Shown here one piece after another: positions 47,727-57,279 of a stretch of 64,000 nucleotides of DNA. Source of the DNA: Candidatus Liptonbacteria bacterium. GTDB lineage: Bacteria; Patescibacteriota; Minisyncoccia; UBA6257; JACOXY01. The notes below the pieces were generated by a model. The model saw nothing but the letters and a program-made list of their open reading frames with translations. It was not told the origin of the DNA and ran no database searches. The stretch is from the NCBI GenBank assembly GCA_016182095.1, contig JACOXY010000010.1:334-64333 (forward strand). The letters are read 5' to 3'. The first letter of the stretch is position 1; each line of letters begins with the position of its first letter. Position numbers and translations under genes: made by a program.

Positions 47727-48833
47727 ATGTCGGTCATTATACTAAGAAATAATTTAAAAGAAGCGCTTGAAAAAGCTAATCGGGCTTTGGGAGAAGCATC
47801 TCATCTGCCGGTTCTTAAAAACTTTTTAATAAAAGCTGAAAATAATAATTTAATTATTACTTCAACTAATTTAGAATTAGGGATAACGGTATATGTTCCT
47901 GCTAAAATAATAGAGCCAGGATATTTTATGATCCCGGCTTCGGTATTTTCATCTTTAATTTCCAATATAACAAGCGAGAGACTAGATATTCAAATAAAAG
48001 ATTCTAATTTAGAGATAAAAGCCGATAATTATGAAGCAGAAATACCAATATTGAATTCTGAAGATTTTCCGATTATACCCGATATTGAAAATAAAAATAA
48101 ATTTATTGAATTTAACTCCAGTTTTATAAGTGAAGCTTTTAATCAAATTATATCCACTGTCCAGTTTTCGGAAATTAGGCCGGAGATCAGCGGTATTTTA
48201 TTTGATTTTCAATTAAACGAATTAACTCTTGTCGGAACAGATAGTTTTAGACTGGCTGAAAAAAAGATATCCAACAGTAAATTTAAAACAAATTTTGATA
48301 CCAACTTTAAATTTATAATCCCAATTAAAACAATACATGAGTTTATACGAGTATTTAAAAAAGACGAGATTGTTAAATTTTACTTTGATGAAAATCAAAT
48401 ATTATTTAAAAGTAATACCGTAGAAATTATATCCCGCCTTATAGAAGGAAACTTTCCGGATTATAAAGCAATTATTCCTAAAAATTTTGAAACAGAAATT
48501 GAAATAAATAAAAATGATTTCATGAATTCTCTTAAGTTATCCGGGGTTTTAAATCCAAGTATTTATGAGATTAAAATTATTATAAAAAGCGGCAAAAAAA
48601 ATATAGAGGTTTTATCAACCGAAAAAAGTTTTGGAAAAGCAAAATCAACCCTTCTGGCTAAAATCAAAGGCAAAGACGCGGAAATACTTTTTAACTGGAG
48701 ATATTTTTTTGACGGATTGAAAAACTTTAAAGACGAAGCTGTTTTTATTGGATTAAACGACGGTTCCCGTCCGGCACTTATTAAATCAGAAGATATAACT
48801 TATTTGTACATTTTGATGCCTATAAAACAATAA
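47727..48833 (+). CDS. dnaN: DNA polymerase III beta clamp
   Basis: LPVLKNFLI, STNLE, EDFPIIP, VGTDSFRLAE, RLIEGNFPDY, YILMPIK. Confidence 0.96.
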   Translation: MSVIILRNNLKEALEKANRALGEASHLPVLKNFLIKAENNNLIITSTNLELGITVYVPAKIIEPGYFMIPASVFSSLISNITSERLDIQIKDSNLEIKADNYEAEIPILNSEDFPIIPDIENKNKFIEFNSSFISEAFNQIISTVQFSEIRPEISGILFDFQLNELTLVGTDSFRLAEKKISNSKFKTNFDTNFKFIIPIKTIHEFIRVFKKDEIVKFYFDENQILFKSNTVEIISRLIEGNFPDYKAIIPKNFETEIEINKNDFMNSLKLSGVLNPSIYEIKIIIKSGKKNIEVLSTEKSFGKAKSTLLAKIKGKDAEILFNWRYFFDGLKNFKDEAVFIGLNDGSRPALIKSEDITYLYILMPIKQ

Positions 48834-49035
48834 TATTACCGCTGTGGATAATTGTCGGTATTGACTAAGTTTCTTTGGATATTATTCTCTTTACATATAA
48901 GGATATTATTTTTTTTAAAAACCCTACCTGCATTTCTACCACCCGGTTGACACAAGAAAGGATATGGTTATACTTTTGTAATAATTTAAAAGCAATCCAA
49001 ATCTTTTTAAAAGGTCGGAAAACAGAACAAAAATT

Positions 49036-49272
49036 ATGGCATCTGCTTTCAAAAAAACCATAACCTTAGAAGATAATAGAATGTTGTTGGATAAAAAAAA
49101 CGCGGGGGCTGATGAGGATAGTTTTGAGGATGGCTTTAATATAGACGACGGGATGTATTTTAAATCAGCTGACGATAATCAGAATGACGATGGGTCTTCA
49201 AAGGAAGACGAGGAGGACGACGACCCAGATCTTGATTATGACGAAGAAGAGGACGGAGAAGAAAGCCTTTAG
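49036..49272 (+). CDS. Small highly acidic hypothetical protein
   Basis: 78 aa, Asp/Glu-rich; TTGACA..TATACT promoter upstream, hairpin downstream. Confidence 0.6.
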   Translation: MASAFKKTITLEDNRMLLDKKNAGADEDSFEDGFNIDDGMYFKSADDNQNDDGSSKEDEEDDDPDLDYDEEEDGEESL

Positions 49273-49369
49273 GCAACCTTGTTTAAATCTCGCGCTCCTA
49301 AAACAAAAACCCCATTATGCGCACTGGGGTTTTTGTTTTAAAGCTTTATAATAAAAAAGGCTGACACAT

Positions 49370-51763
49370 ATGCACAAAAGGAAAAAGAAAAAAAATCTTA
49401 TAAAACTCTCCTTGATAACCGGAGGCATTTTTATATTTTTATTAACCGGATTTGCTTTAATTTTTATAGCGGCGCTAATAAGAGATTTGCCAAAGGCCGA
49501 CGACTTAGTTTCAAAAAGAGTAAATCAATCAACTAAAATTTATGATCGGACGGGCGCTATTTTATTATATGAGGTTCATGGTGAAGAAAAAAGAACCATT
49601 ATACCCTACGAAGACATTCCCGCAGTTGTTAAAAACGCGACCATAGCAATTGAAGACCAAAATTTTTACAACCACCCCGCCTTTGATTGGAGGGCCATTA
49701 TAAGAGCCGTGATTCAAGATATTCTGCGCTTAAGGGTGGAACAGGGCGCCTCAACCATCACCCAACAACTTGCCAAAAATGCCTATCTTACCAACGAAAA
49801 AACCATTACCAGGAAAGTCAAAGAGCTTTTGCTGGCGCTGAAACTGGAAAAACAATTTTCTAAAGACGAAATACTAAATCTCTATTTAAACCAAATTCCC
49901 TATGGAGAAAACGCTTATGGAATAGAAGCCGCCGCCAAAACCTATTTTAATAAAAGCGCCAAAGACTTAAATATGGCGGAGGCCGCGCTCTTGGCCGCTC
50001 TGCCGCAGGCGACAACCTACTATTCTCCCTGGGGCCTGCACAAAGACGAGCTTTTAACAAGGAAAGACCTTGTTCTTAAAAAAATGTATGAATTAAACTA
50101 CATAACCGAGGAGCAGCTTGAGGGCGCGAAAGGAGCCGAATATGAATTTGCCCCACAAGCCACAACCATTAAGGCGCCTCATTTCATAATGGCTGTTCAG
50201 GACTATCTTGTTAAAAAATACGGAGCGGAAACGCTGGAAAAGGGCGGACTGAATGTAATTACGACGCTCGATTGGGAACTTCAGCAGGTGGCCGAAACGG
50301 CGGTTTGGAACGGAGTCACAAGAAACACAGAACTGTATAAGGGCGAGAATGGCGCGCTTTTAGCGGCAGATCCGAAAACCGGGCAAGTGCTCGCTGTGGT
50401 TGGCTCTAAGGATTATTTTGACGAATCTAATGAGGGCAATTTTAATGTGGCTATGCAGGGGCTAAGACAGCCCGGATCGGCTTTTAAACCATTTGCTTAT
50501 GTGACCGCTTTTAAAAAAGGATTTACTCCGGAGACCATTTTGTTTGATTTGGAGACCGAATTTGATGCGACCGGCATACCAGAGAAAAGCTACAAGCCGG
50601 GCAATTTTGACGAATACTTCCGCGGACCAGTTAGCCTGCGAACCGCTCTCGCGCAGTCCATAAATATACCGGCTGTAAAAATAATGTATCTCGCGGGGAT
50701 TGATAATGTTTTAAATACAGCGCGAGATTTTGGTATTAAAACCCTTACTGAACGAAGTCGCTACGGGCTGTCTTTGGTTTTGGGCGGGGGCGAGGTTAAG
50801 TTATCGGAACTCGTGAACGCCTATGCTGTTTTTGCGAACGACGGCATCTATCATGACCAGACGCTTATTTTAAAAATTACGGACGCGAAAGGCGAGACTT
50901 TAGAGGAATTTTCCTCTGAAGCGGGCGAAGAGGTTATAGACCCCGAATACGCCAGAACTATCAATGATATTTTATCCGATGTTTCTGCGCGCTCCGGCCT
51001 TTTTGGCGCCAGCTTAAACCTGACCGTTTTTTCGGGCTATCAGGTAGCTCTTAAAACCGGCACAACCGACAATTATGTTGATGCCTGGGCTATTGGATAT
51101 ACTCCGGGGATTGTTGTCGGAGTCTGGGCCGGCAACAACCACAGAGAGCCGCTTCAGAAAAAGGGAGGCAGTATTTTAGCAGCAGTTCCCATTTGGAGCG
51201 AATTTGTGAATGAGGCGCTTAAAAAACAACCTGTGGAATTTTTTGTGCGGCCGGCTCCTTATGCGGCGGAGAAGCCGATATTAAGAGGGGACTATCTTTA
51301 CGGCAAACAAATTCATAATATTTTGTATTATGTCCAGAAAAACGACCCACAAGGGCCGATGCCGGTAAGGCCCGAATCGGATCCGCAATTTCTAAATTGG
51401 GAACTGCCGGTTTTGGCGTGGGCGGAACGAAATTTGCCGGATTTTGCTGAATACAACAAGAGCTGGGGCGTAGATTTTGATTTAAGCGACATTTCTATAG
51501 ATGTTAGATCTCCGCTAAGCGGCGAATTTATAAAAAACAATACCGTTAACCTAAGCTTTAGCGTAAATTCATCCCATAAACTTAACTACGTTGAAACTTA
51601 TTTTAATAATGAGATGTTGGAGAAAATACAGGCGGCTAACTCGCCCCTTGTTTATCAGAAAAATATTTTAATAAACAACGCGCAAACGCAGAATCTTTTG
51701 CGCATTAAGGCCGTTGCCGAAGGAGGCAAAACAAAAGAAAAAGAAATTATCCTTTTTAAGTGA
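49370..51763 (+). CDS. Class A penicillin-binding protein (PBP1A family)
   Basis: AIEDQNFY, QGASTITQQLAKN, RKVKE, RQPGSAFKPF, SIN, KTGT. Confidence 0.95.
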   Translation: MHKRKKKKNLIKLSLITGGIFIFLLTGFALIFIAALIRDLPKADDLVSKRVNQSTKIYDRTGAILLYEVHGEEKRTIIPYEDIPAVVKNATIAIEDQNFYNHPAFDWRAIIRAVIQDILRLRVEQGASTITQQLAKNAYLTNEKTITRKVKELLLALKLEKQFSKDEILNLYLNQIPYGENAYGIEAAAKTYFNKSAKDLNMAEAALLAALPQATTYYSPWGLHKDELLTRKDLVLKKMYELNYITEEQLEGAKGAEYEFAPQATTIKAPHFIMAVQDYLVKKYGAETLEKGGLNVITTLDWELQQVAETAVWNGVTRNTELYKGENGALLAADPKTGQVLAVVGSKDYFDESNEGNFNVAMQGLRQPGSAFKPFAYVTAFKKGFTPETILFDLETEFDATGIPEKSYKPGNFDEYFRGPVSLRTALAQSINIPAVKIMYLAGIDNVLNTARDFGIKTLTERSRYGLSLVLGGGEVKLSELVNAYAVFANDGIYHDQTLILKITDAKGETLEEFSSEAGEEVIDPEYARTINDILSDVSARSGLFGASLNLTVFSGYQVALKTGTTDNYVDAWAIGYTPGIVVGVWAGNNHREPLQKKGGSILAAVPIWSEFVNEALKKQPVEFFVRPAPYAAEKPILRGDYLYGKQIHNILYYVQKNDPQGPMPVRPESDPQFLNWELPVLAWAERNLPDFAEYNKSWGVDFDLSDISIDVRSPLSGEFIKNNTVNLSFSVNSSHKLNYVETYFNNEMLEKIQAANSPLVYQKNILINNAQTQNLLRIKAVAEGGKTKEKEIILFK

Positions 51764-52238
51764 GTGCCACCCTATATTCAAAATCATACCCGGCGGTAAG
51801 GGCTACTGCTATCGCGTCCGTTATGTCATCTGGCCCGGGAATATTTTTTAAAGAAAGCGCGAACTTTACCATTTTGCCCACCGCTTTTTTGTCGGCTCTC
51901 CCGCTTCCGGCCACCGCCTTTTTTATTTCTGTGGGCGCATATTCCGCGATTCTAACCCCGGCTTCTTTGGATAGCATAATTAAGGCACCTCTCACCTCGG
52001 CAACGGCCATGGCGGTTTTTTGATTCTTCATAAAAAATAATTTTTCTACCGCAAGCAAGTTTGGGCGGTATTTTTCCAGTATAAGTCTTAAATGATCCGC
52101 CGCCTCCATAAGCCGATCAGCATTATCCCCTTTTGTTATTTTTAATATTCCGCAATCCAAGAGGCTGAAGATTCGGTCCTTTTTTATAATCCCGTAACCT
52201 ATTCTTGCGGTGCCGGGATCGAGGCCTAATATAACCAT
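51756..52238 (-). CDS. ruvC: Holliday junction resolvase RuvC
   Basis: ILGLDPGTARIGYG, AVEKLFF, AEVRG, EYAPTEIKKAVAGSGRADK, DDITDAIA. Confidence 0.95.
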   Translation of the reverse strand: MVILGLDPGTARIGYGIIKKDRIFSLLDCGILKITKGDNADRLMEAADHLRLILEKYRPNLLAVEKLFFMKNQKTAMAVAEVRGALIMLSKEAGVRIAEYAPTEIKKAVAGSGRADKKAVGKMVKFALSLKNIPGPDDITDAIAVALTAGYDFEYRVALT

Positions 52239-52239
52239 T

Positions 52240-52310
52240 ACACCTGACACCCGACACCCGACATCTGACAATCTTATTTTGTCAGCTGTTATTTGTCAGT
52301 TGTTATTTGT
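52240..52310. repeat. Pair of 7-nt tandem arms (CCGACAC / TGTCAG-type)
   Basis: ACACCTGACACCCGACACCCGACATCTGACA...TGTCAGCTGTTATTTGTCAGTTGT, abutting the ruvC start. Confidence 0.75.
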
Positions 52311-52329
52311 GGAGTTTATACTAATTTAG

Positions 52330-52866
52330 CTAAACAGCTAAATTAGTATAAACTCCCTGTACATCCTCGTGGTCGTGAAGCGCCCTTATTAAAGCAAGAA
52401 GCCCACTTTTTTCTTCCGGGGCAATATCTTCTGTGAATTTAGCTTCGGGATCTTTGCCGGGGAGGATCTCGCTAAACGCCCACCTAACGCTTCCGGGCTC
52501 GGCCCACTTCCCGTGATTCGCGCTTAAGACCTTTTTAATTTCCGCGACGGTTTTATTATGGCTTCCAGTAATGGCGATTATTAATATTGCGGCTCCGCCG
52601 GGGCCATAAGCCTCAAAAACCAACTCTTCCAGGTTCATGCTTTTTTCCACTGCGCCCTTGATTGCTTTCTGAATGTTGTTGTGAGGAATATTTGCTTCTC
52701 GCGCCTTCTCTATTGCCGTTCTAAGCCGCGGGTTAAAATCGGGGTTTGGTTCTGGTTTGGCCGCCACCGATATCGCGTTCAAAAGCTTGGAAAACACAGC
52801 TCCCCTTTTAGAGTCCTTCTCTTCTTTTTTGTGTTTTATACCAGCCCAATGGCTGTGTCCGGACAT
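52330..52866 (-). CDS. yebC: YebC/PmpR family protein (short form)
   Basis: MSGHSHWAGIKHKK, NPRLRTAI, EAYGPGG, DHEDVQGVYTN. Confidence 0.9.
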   Translation of the reverse strand: MSGHSHWAGIKHKKEEKDSKRGAVFSKLLNAISVAAKPEPNPDFNPRLRTAIEKAREANIPHNNIQKAIKGAVEKSMNLEELVFEAYGPGGAAILIIAITGSHNKTVAEIKKVLSANHGKWAEPGSVRWAFSEILPGKDPEAKFTEDIAPEEKSGLLALIRALHDHEDVQGVYTNLAV

Positions 52867-52902
52867 ATAAGCTTAATATAAAATATAAAAAATTAAATAT
52901 CA

Positions 52903-53027
52903 ATCCCTCACCCAAGAAGGAGTTTGGGTTGGTTCTAGAAATCGTAACATTAATTACCAACAATACATTATTAAGATAAAATTAATTTTGAGAAGAAGCA
53001 GAAAATGCTCCTTTTTGAGTGAGGGAT
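52903..53027. mobile_element. MITE-like family A, copy 3
   Basis: Near-identical to 4547..4671 throughout; one substitution in each TIR. Confidence 0.8.
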
Positions 53028-53079
53028 CAAATATAAACGGATTGATTTTTAATTTTAAGTATGCGACACTGTTAATATT

Positions 53080-54780
53080 ATGGCTGATGCTTTGCAGAAA
53101 AAATCAGCAATAGAGGACAAGCTTAAAAAAATTGAGCGGGAAGCCGAGGAAAGAGATGCCAAAAGGAAGGCTTCGGACGCGGGCCTTTCTTACGTAGATC
53201 TTAAAAATATTCCCGTACAAATAGACGCGCTTTCTTTAATATCCAAAGAGGACGCCATAAAAAACAAAATGGCTGTTGTGGCCAAAAAAAGAAACAGCGT
53301 GGCGGTGGTTGTTTCGGATCCCAAAAATCAAGGAACCAAAAAAGTTACAGAGAGGCTTAAGTCTCAAGGGTTAAAGCCGGAGATTATGGTAGGTTCTTTG
53401 GCGGGACTTCGGACAATTTGGCGATCTTATGATTTTGTAAAGAAAGAACTCGCGGAAATTACCGGCCAGGTTGTGATAGACTCACAGCGCCTTAAGGAAT
53501 TGCGGCCGAAACTTGTTTCTATCCAGAGCGCCAAAGACGAAATTGTGAAAATTTTGGGAAGCAAGCTTGGTGTGGCTCCGGTTTTAGAAATATTACTTGC
53601 GGCCGCGCTTTCTCTAAAAGGATCCGACATCCATCTCGAGCCCGGAGAAAAAAATATCAAATTTCGGCTGCGCATTGACGGTCTTCTGCATGATGTTTTT
53701 AACGAAATTGCGACCCAAGACTATTTTTTCCTGATATCGAGAATCAAGCTCTTGTCTTCGATGAAGTTAAATATCCACGACGCGGCGCAAGATGGCAGGT
53801 TTACGATTAATCTTGGGGACAAGGACATTGAAATTAGATCTTCCGTTTTGCCTTCGGAATATGGAGAGACTGCGGTTTTAAGGATTTTAGATCCAGAAAC
53901 AATCCGGCTCACCCTGAACGATCTAGGGTTGCGCGATGACGACCTCGTGATTATTAACGAAGAACTGGGAAGGCCGAACGGGATGCTTTTGAACACTGGC
54001 CCGACCGGCTCCGGGAAAACCACCACGCTTTACGCGTTTATAATGCAAGTAAATAAGCCGGAATCAAAGATTATAACGCTTGAAGATCCGATAGAATATA
54101 GATTGGAGGGAATTGAACAAACCCAGGTTGACGATGAGGCCGGCTACACTTTTGGTAATGGTTTGCGTTCCATAGTTCGTCAAGATCCGGACGTCATTTT
54201 GGTGGGAGAAATCAGAGATTTGGAAACAGCCGACATTGCCTTAAATGCCGCCTTAACTGGCCACCTGGTTTTCTCAACGCTTCATACCAACGACTCTTTT
54301 GGAGCTATACCGCGACTTCTGGACTTGGGGGTGAAAACGGCCATTATCGGACCAGCGCTGAATCTTATAATAGCCCAGCGCCTGGTTAGGCGGTTATGCG
54401 ATAAATGTAAAGCAGAGGACAGCTCATTTGGCGGGCTCAAAAAACAAGTTCAAAGTTTTCTCAAAAATCTTCCGGACAAAGTTTCTAAATCTAAATATAA
54501 AGATTTTATTAAGGGCCAAGGAAAGATATTTAAAGCTCGCGGCTGTACCGCTTGCGGCGGGATTGGCTATGGAGGAAGAATCGCGATTATGGAACTCTTG
54601 AGGATCAACGATGAATTAAGCGGCCTGATATCAAAAGAGGTTACCGAATCAGAAATTAAAAAAAGCGCCGCTAAACAGGGGACGGTTTCAATACAGGGGT
54701 CAGGAATATTAAAAATTTTAGAAGGCGTTACAACGATTGAAGAAGTTATAAGAGTAACCGGACCGATTGTGTGGCAGTAA
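53080..54780 (+). CDS. PilB/GspE-family type IV pilus assembly ATPase
   Basis: SDIHLEP, QDGRF, TGPTGSGKTTTLY, LEDPIEY, RQDPDVILVGEIRD, TGHLVFSTLHTN, CxxC..CxxC. Confidence 0.93.
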   Translation: MADALQKKSAIEDKLKKIEREAEERDAKRKASDAGLSYVDLKNIPVQIDALSLISKEDAIKNKMAVVAKKRNSVAVVVSDPKNQGTKKVTERLKSQGLKPEIMVGSLAGLRTIWRSYDFVKKELAEITGQVVIDSQRLKELRPKLVSIQSAKDEIVKILGSKLGVAPVLEILLAAALSLKGSDIHLEPGEKNIKFRLRIDGLLHDVFNEIATQDYFFLISRIKLLSSMKLNIHDAAQDGRFTINLGDKDIEIRSSVLPSEYGETAVLRILDPETIRLTLNDLGLRDDDLVIINEELGRPNGMLLNTGPTGSGKTTTLYAFIMQVNKPESKIITLEDPIEYRLEGIEQTQVDDEAGYTFGNGLRSIVRQDPDVILVGEIRDLETADIALNAALTGHLVFSTLHTNDSFGAIPRLLDLGVKTAIIGPALNLIIAQRLVRRLCDKCKAEDSSFGGLKKQVQSFLKNLPDKVSKSKYKDFIKGQGKIFKARGCTACGGIGYGGRIAIMELLRINDELSGLISKEVTESEIKKSAAKQGTVSIQGSGILKILEGVTTIEEVIRVTGPIVWQ

Positions 54781-54820
54781 CCGGCCGTTTGAAAATATAA
54801 GCATATCGCGCATCATGGGC

Positions 54821-55026
54821 TTAGATCTGTGGGCATGTGCCCCCCGCCACTTACGCAAAATGTTATTTGGCAGAAGTGGTGGGGGGACGTAGCGAGTCTC
54901 TTTTTTATGTAAAAGAGTTTAGAACTCCTTTGAGGAGTAATCTAGCCAAAGCCGGATTATCCTTAAATCTAAAAGAAGTTCCCGCCCACAGATCTAAAAC
55001 GGTGATTTATGAGACCTATCCGTTTC
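54821..55026 (-). ncRNA. Candidate structured ncRNA (alternatively a MITE)
   Basis: TTGACA-17-TATCAT promoter at 55061..55033 (minus); 14-bp closing stem TTAGATCTGTGGGC/GCCCACAGATCTAA; no credible ORF. Confidence 0.4.
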
Positions 55027-55182
55027 ATGCGAATGATAGCATAAAAACTATTTTTTGTCAATATCAAGCGAATTGTCTATTTAAGATGCCGGTTCCACGA
55101 GAATTTATAATTAAAAGGCCAGCGAACCATAGAATACTCCAATAATTTATTATGTCAACTTTTTTAGAGGCTCCCAAAATAT

Positions 55183-56202
55183 ATGTCTAAAAACAAACCC
55201 GTAAATAATCCGTCAATCGCGGATGCTCTCGTCTCTAGCGGCATAGATCAAATTTTGCGTCCGTCAAATTGGGACGAATATATAGGACAGGAGAATATCA
55301 AAAAAAATATCAAGGTTATTATTGAAGCCGCCATAAAAAGATCTGAACCTATTGATCATGTGCTTTTTTACGGCCAGGCGGGGCTTGGCAAGACAACCCT
55401 CGCTTATCTTATAGCCAACGAGCTTAAGGCGCAGATAAAAACCACCTCTGGCCCCGCGCTGGAGAAGGTTGGGGATATAGCTGCTATTTTAAGCAACCTT
55501 GAGCCATATGATGTTTTATTTATTGATGAAGTTCACAGGATAAACCACTTAATTGAAGAAGCGTTTTATCCGGCATTAGAAAGCAGGAAACTTCACATAA
55601 TGGTGGGCAAGGGGCCAAGCGCGAGAAGTGTGACTCTGGATTTGCCGCCGTTTACTCTTATCGCCGCCACTACAAGAGTAAATCTTTTGTCGGGGCCCAT
55701 GCGGTCGCGTTTTGGCGCTACTTTTAAGCTTGATTATTACAATACTCACGACATAACTAAAATTATTAAAAGATCCGCCAAGGTTTTGAATGTTGCGATT
55801 GATGAGCCGGCGATAAAAATTTTGGCCGCAGCAAGCCGGAGAACGCCGCGCGTGGCCAACAGATTATTAAAACGAATTAGAGATTATGCGGAAGTAAAAG
55901 GAACCGGAGAAGTAAATGCCAGCACATGTTCTGCCGCGCTGCAATTTTTGGGTGTTGATTTTTTGGGGCTTGAGGATGCTGACAGAAGATTTTTGGAAAC
56001 AATTATTCATAAATTTAACGGCGGACCGGTAGGCGTTAACGCTCTGGCGGCGGCTCTAAATGAAGACAAGGGAACCATAGAAGATGTTTATGAGCCATAT
56101 TTGATGGGTTTGGGATTTTTAGAGCGAACACCTGCCGGGAGAATTGCCACTGCCGCGGCCTACGAACACTTTGGTGTTAAAACGGCGGGAAAATTGGTTT
56201 AG
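55183..56202 (+). CDS. ruvB: Holliday junction branch migration ATPase RuvB
   Basis: LRPSNWDEYIGQ, GQAGLGKTTLA, TSGP, FIDEVHR, TPRVANRLL, EPYL. Confidence 0.97.
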   Translation: MSKNKPVNNPSIADALVSSGIDQILRPSNWDEYIGQENIKKNIKVIIEAAIKRSEPIDHVLFYGQAGLGKTTLAYLIANELKAQIKTTSGPALEKVGDIAAILSNLEPYDVLFIDEVHRINHLIEEAFYPALESRKLHIMVGKGPSARSVTLDLPPFTLIAATTRVNLLSGPMRSRFGATFKLDYYNTHDITKIIKRSAKVLNVAIDEPAIKILAAASRRTPRVANRLLKRIRDYAEVKGTGEVNASTCSAALQFLGVDFLGLEDADRRFLETIIHKFNGGPVGVNALAAALNEDKGTIEDVYEPYLMGLGFLERTPAGRIATAAAYEHFGVKTAGKLV

Positions 56203-56245
56203 GGGCAAGGGTTAAGAAGCCAGTCCGGCATCCTAACCTTAACCC
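56202..56245. repeat. Element family D, internally deleted copy
   Basis: GGGGCAAGGGTTAAGAAGCCAGT-CCGGCATCCTAACCTTAACCC (ends only). Confidence 0.75.
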
Positions 56246-56257
56246 ATCTATTCGACC

Positions 56258-56785
56258 ATGCTGCGAATTAATGAATTTCTTCCCAACCCAGCTGGCAAGG
56301 ATACTGCCGGTGAATTTATTGAGCTTTACAATTCGGGGTTCACGCCGATTAATCTCTCGGGGTTTTCTTTACGCGACAAAAGCGGCAAAGTTTTTAAATT
56401 ATCGGGGAGCATAGAGCCGCAAAGCTTCCGGATTTTTTGGCGCAAAGAAACAAAAATATCCTTAAATAATATCAATGAGAAAGTTTTTTTATTTGATAAT
56501 AGTGGCGCCCTGCTCCAGGGCGCGGGATTTTTAGGCGAGGCCAAAGAAGGCGCCAGTTTCTCTTTTGTCGCCCCCGATTTTATCTTTTCAAATACTCCTA
56601 CGCCGGGCGCGCCAAATCAAGCCGGCCCCATCTTCCGATTAACCGAAGAGTCGCGGTTCGCGCAAGCGGGAGATGTTGTGCGCAATAATCTATCCCTTTT
56701 CAATTTTATGTCTGCTATGATTTTTGTCGCTTTGCTATTTGGGCTTGGATCGGTTTATTTGCTTAAGTTTTATTTTGCTAAATGA
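56258..56785 (+). CDS. Lamin-tail-domain protein with C-terminal TM
   Basis: INEFLPNPAGKDTAGEFIELYN, ISLNN, TPTPGAPN. Confidence 0.85.
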   Translation: MLRINEFLPNPAGKDTAGEFIELYNSGFTPINLSGFSLRDKSGKVFKLSGSIEPQSFRIFWRKETKISLNNINEKVFLFDNSGALLQGAGFLGEAKEGASFSFVAPDFIFSNTPTPGAPNQAGPIFRLTEESRFAQAGDVVRNNLSLFNFMSAMIFVALLFGLGSVYLLKFYFAK

Positions 56786-57279
56786 TATATAAAAGCACTT
56801 CTTTGAAAGAGGCGGAAAAGAATGTTGCGGCAATAGCAAGGCAGCTTGTTGATTCCCGTGATAAAGCTTTGGTTTTGGGGCTTACGGGAGAATTGGGCTC
56901 CGGCAAAACTTTTTTCGTGAAAAAATTTCTAAGCTTTTTAGGTGTTAAAGAAAAAGTTGTGAGCCCGACCTTTGTTATAATGAAAGAATACGCGCTCACG
57001 AATAAGTCTAATAAGACCAATAAGTCCGATAAGATTTATAAGACCAATGGAACTTACAAAAAAGCTTATCATGTTGATGTTTACAGACTTGAGGACGAGA
57101 GGAGCGTTTTGCGTCTTGGATTAAAAGAGATTGTGGCAGAAAATGGCAACATAGTATTTATAGAGTGGGCAGAAAAGATAAAGAAATTACTGCCCAGAAG
57201 CACTATTTGGATAAAGTTTATGCATGGCAAAAGAGAGAACGAACGAATATTAAAATATGCGCACCCTTCTTTTAATTGA
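56782..57279 (+). CDS. tsaE: tRNA threonylcarbamoyladenosine biosynthesis ATPase TsaE
   Basis: GELGSGKTFF, VVSPTFVI, HVDVYRL, IEWAEK. Confidence 0.94.
   Translation: MIYKSTSLKEAEKNVAAIARQLVDSRDKALVLGLTGELGSGKTFFVKKFLSFLGVKEKVVSPTFVIMKEYALTNKSNKTNKSDKIYKTNGTYKKAYHVDVYRLEDERSVLRLGLKEIVAENGNIVFIEWAEKIKKLLPRSTIWIKFMHGKRENERILKYAHPSFN

Noticed and set aside
54821-55026. RNase P RNA or tmRNA
   Set aside because: AAGGATAATCCGGC only loosely resembles the RNase P P4 motif with no 3' partner; no tRNA-like ends
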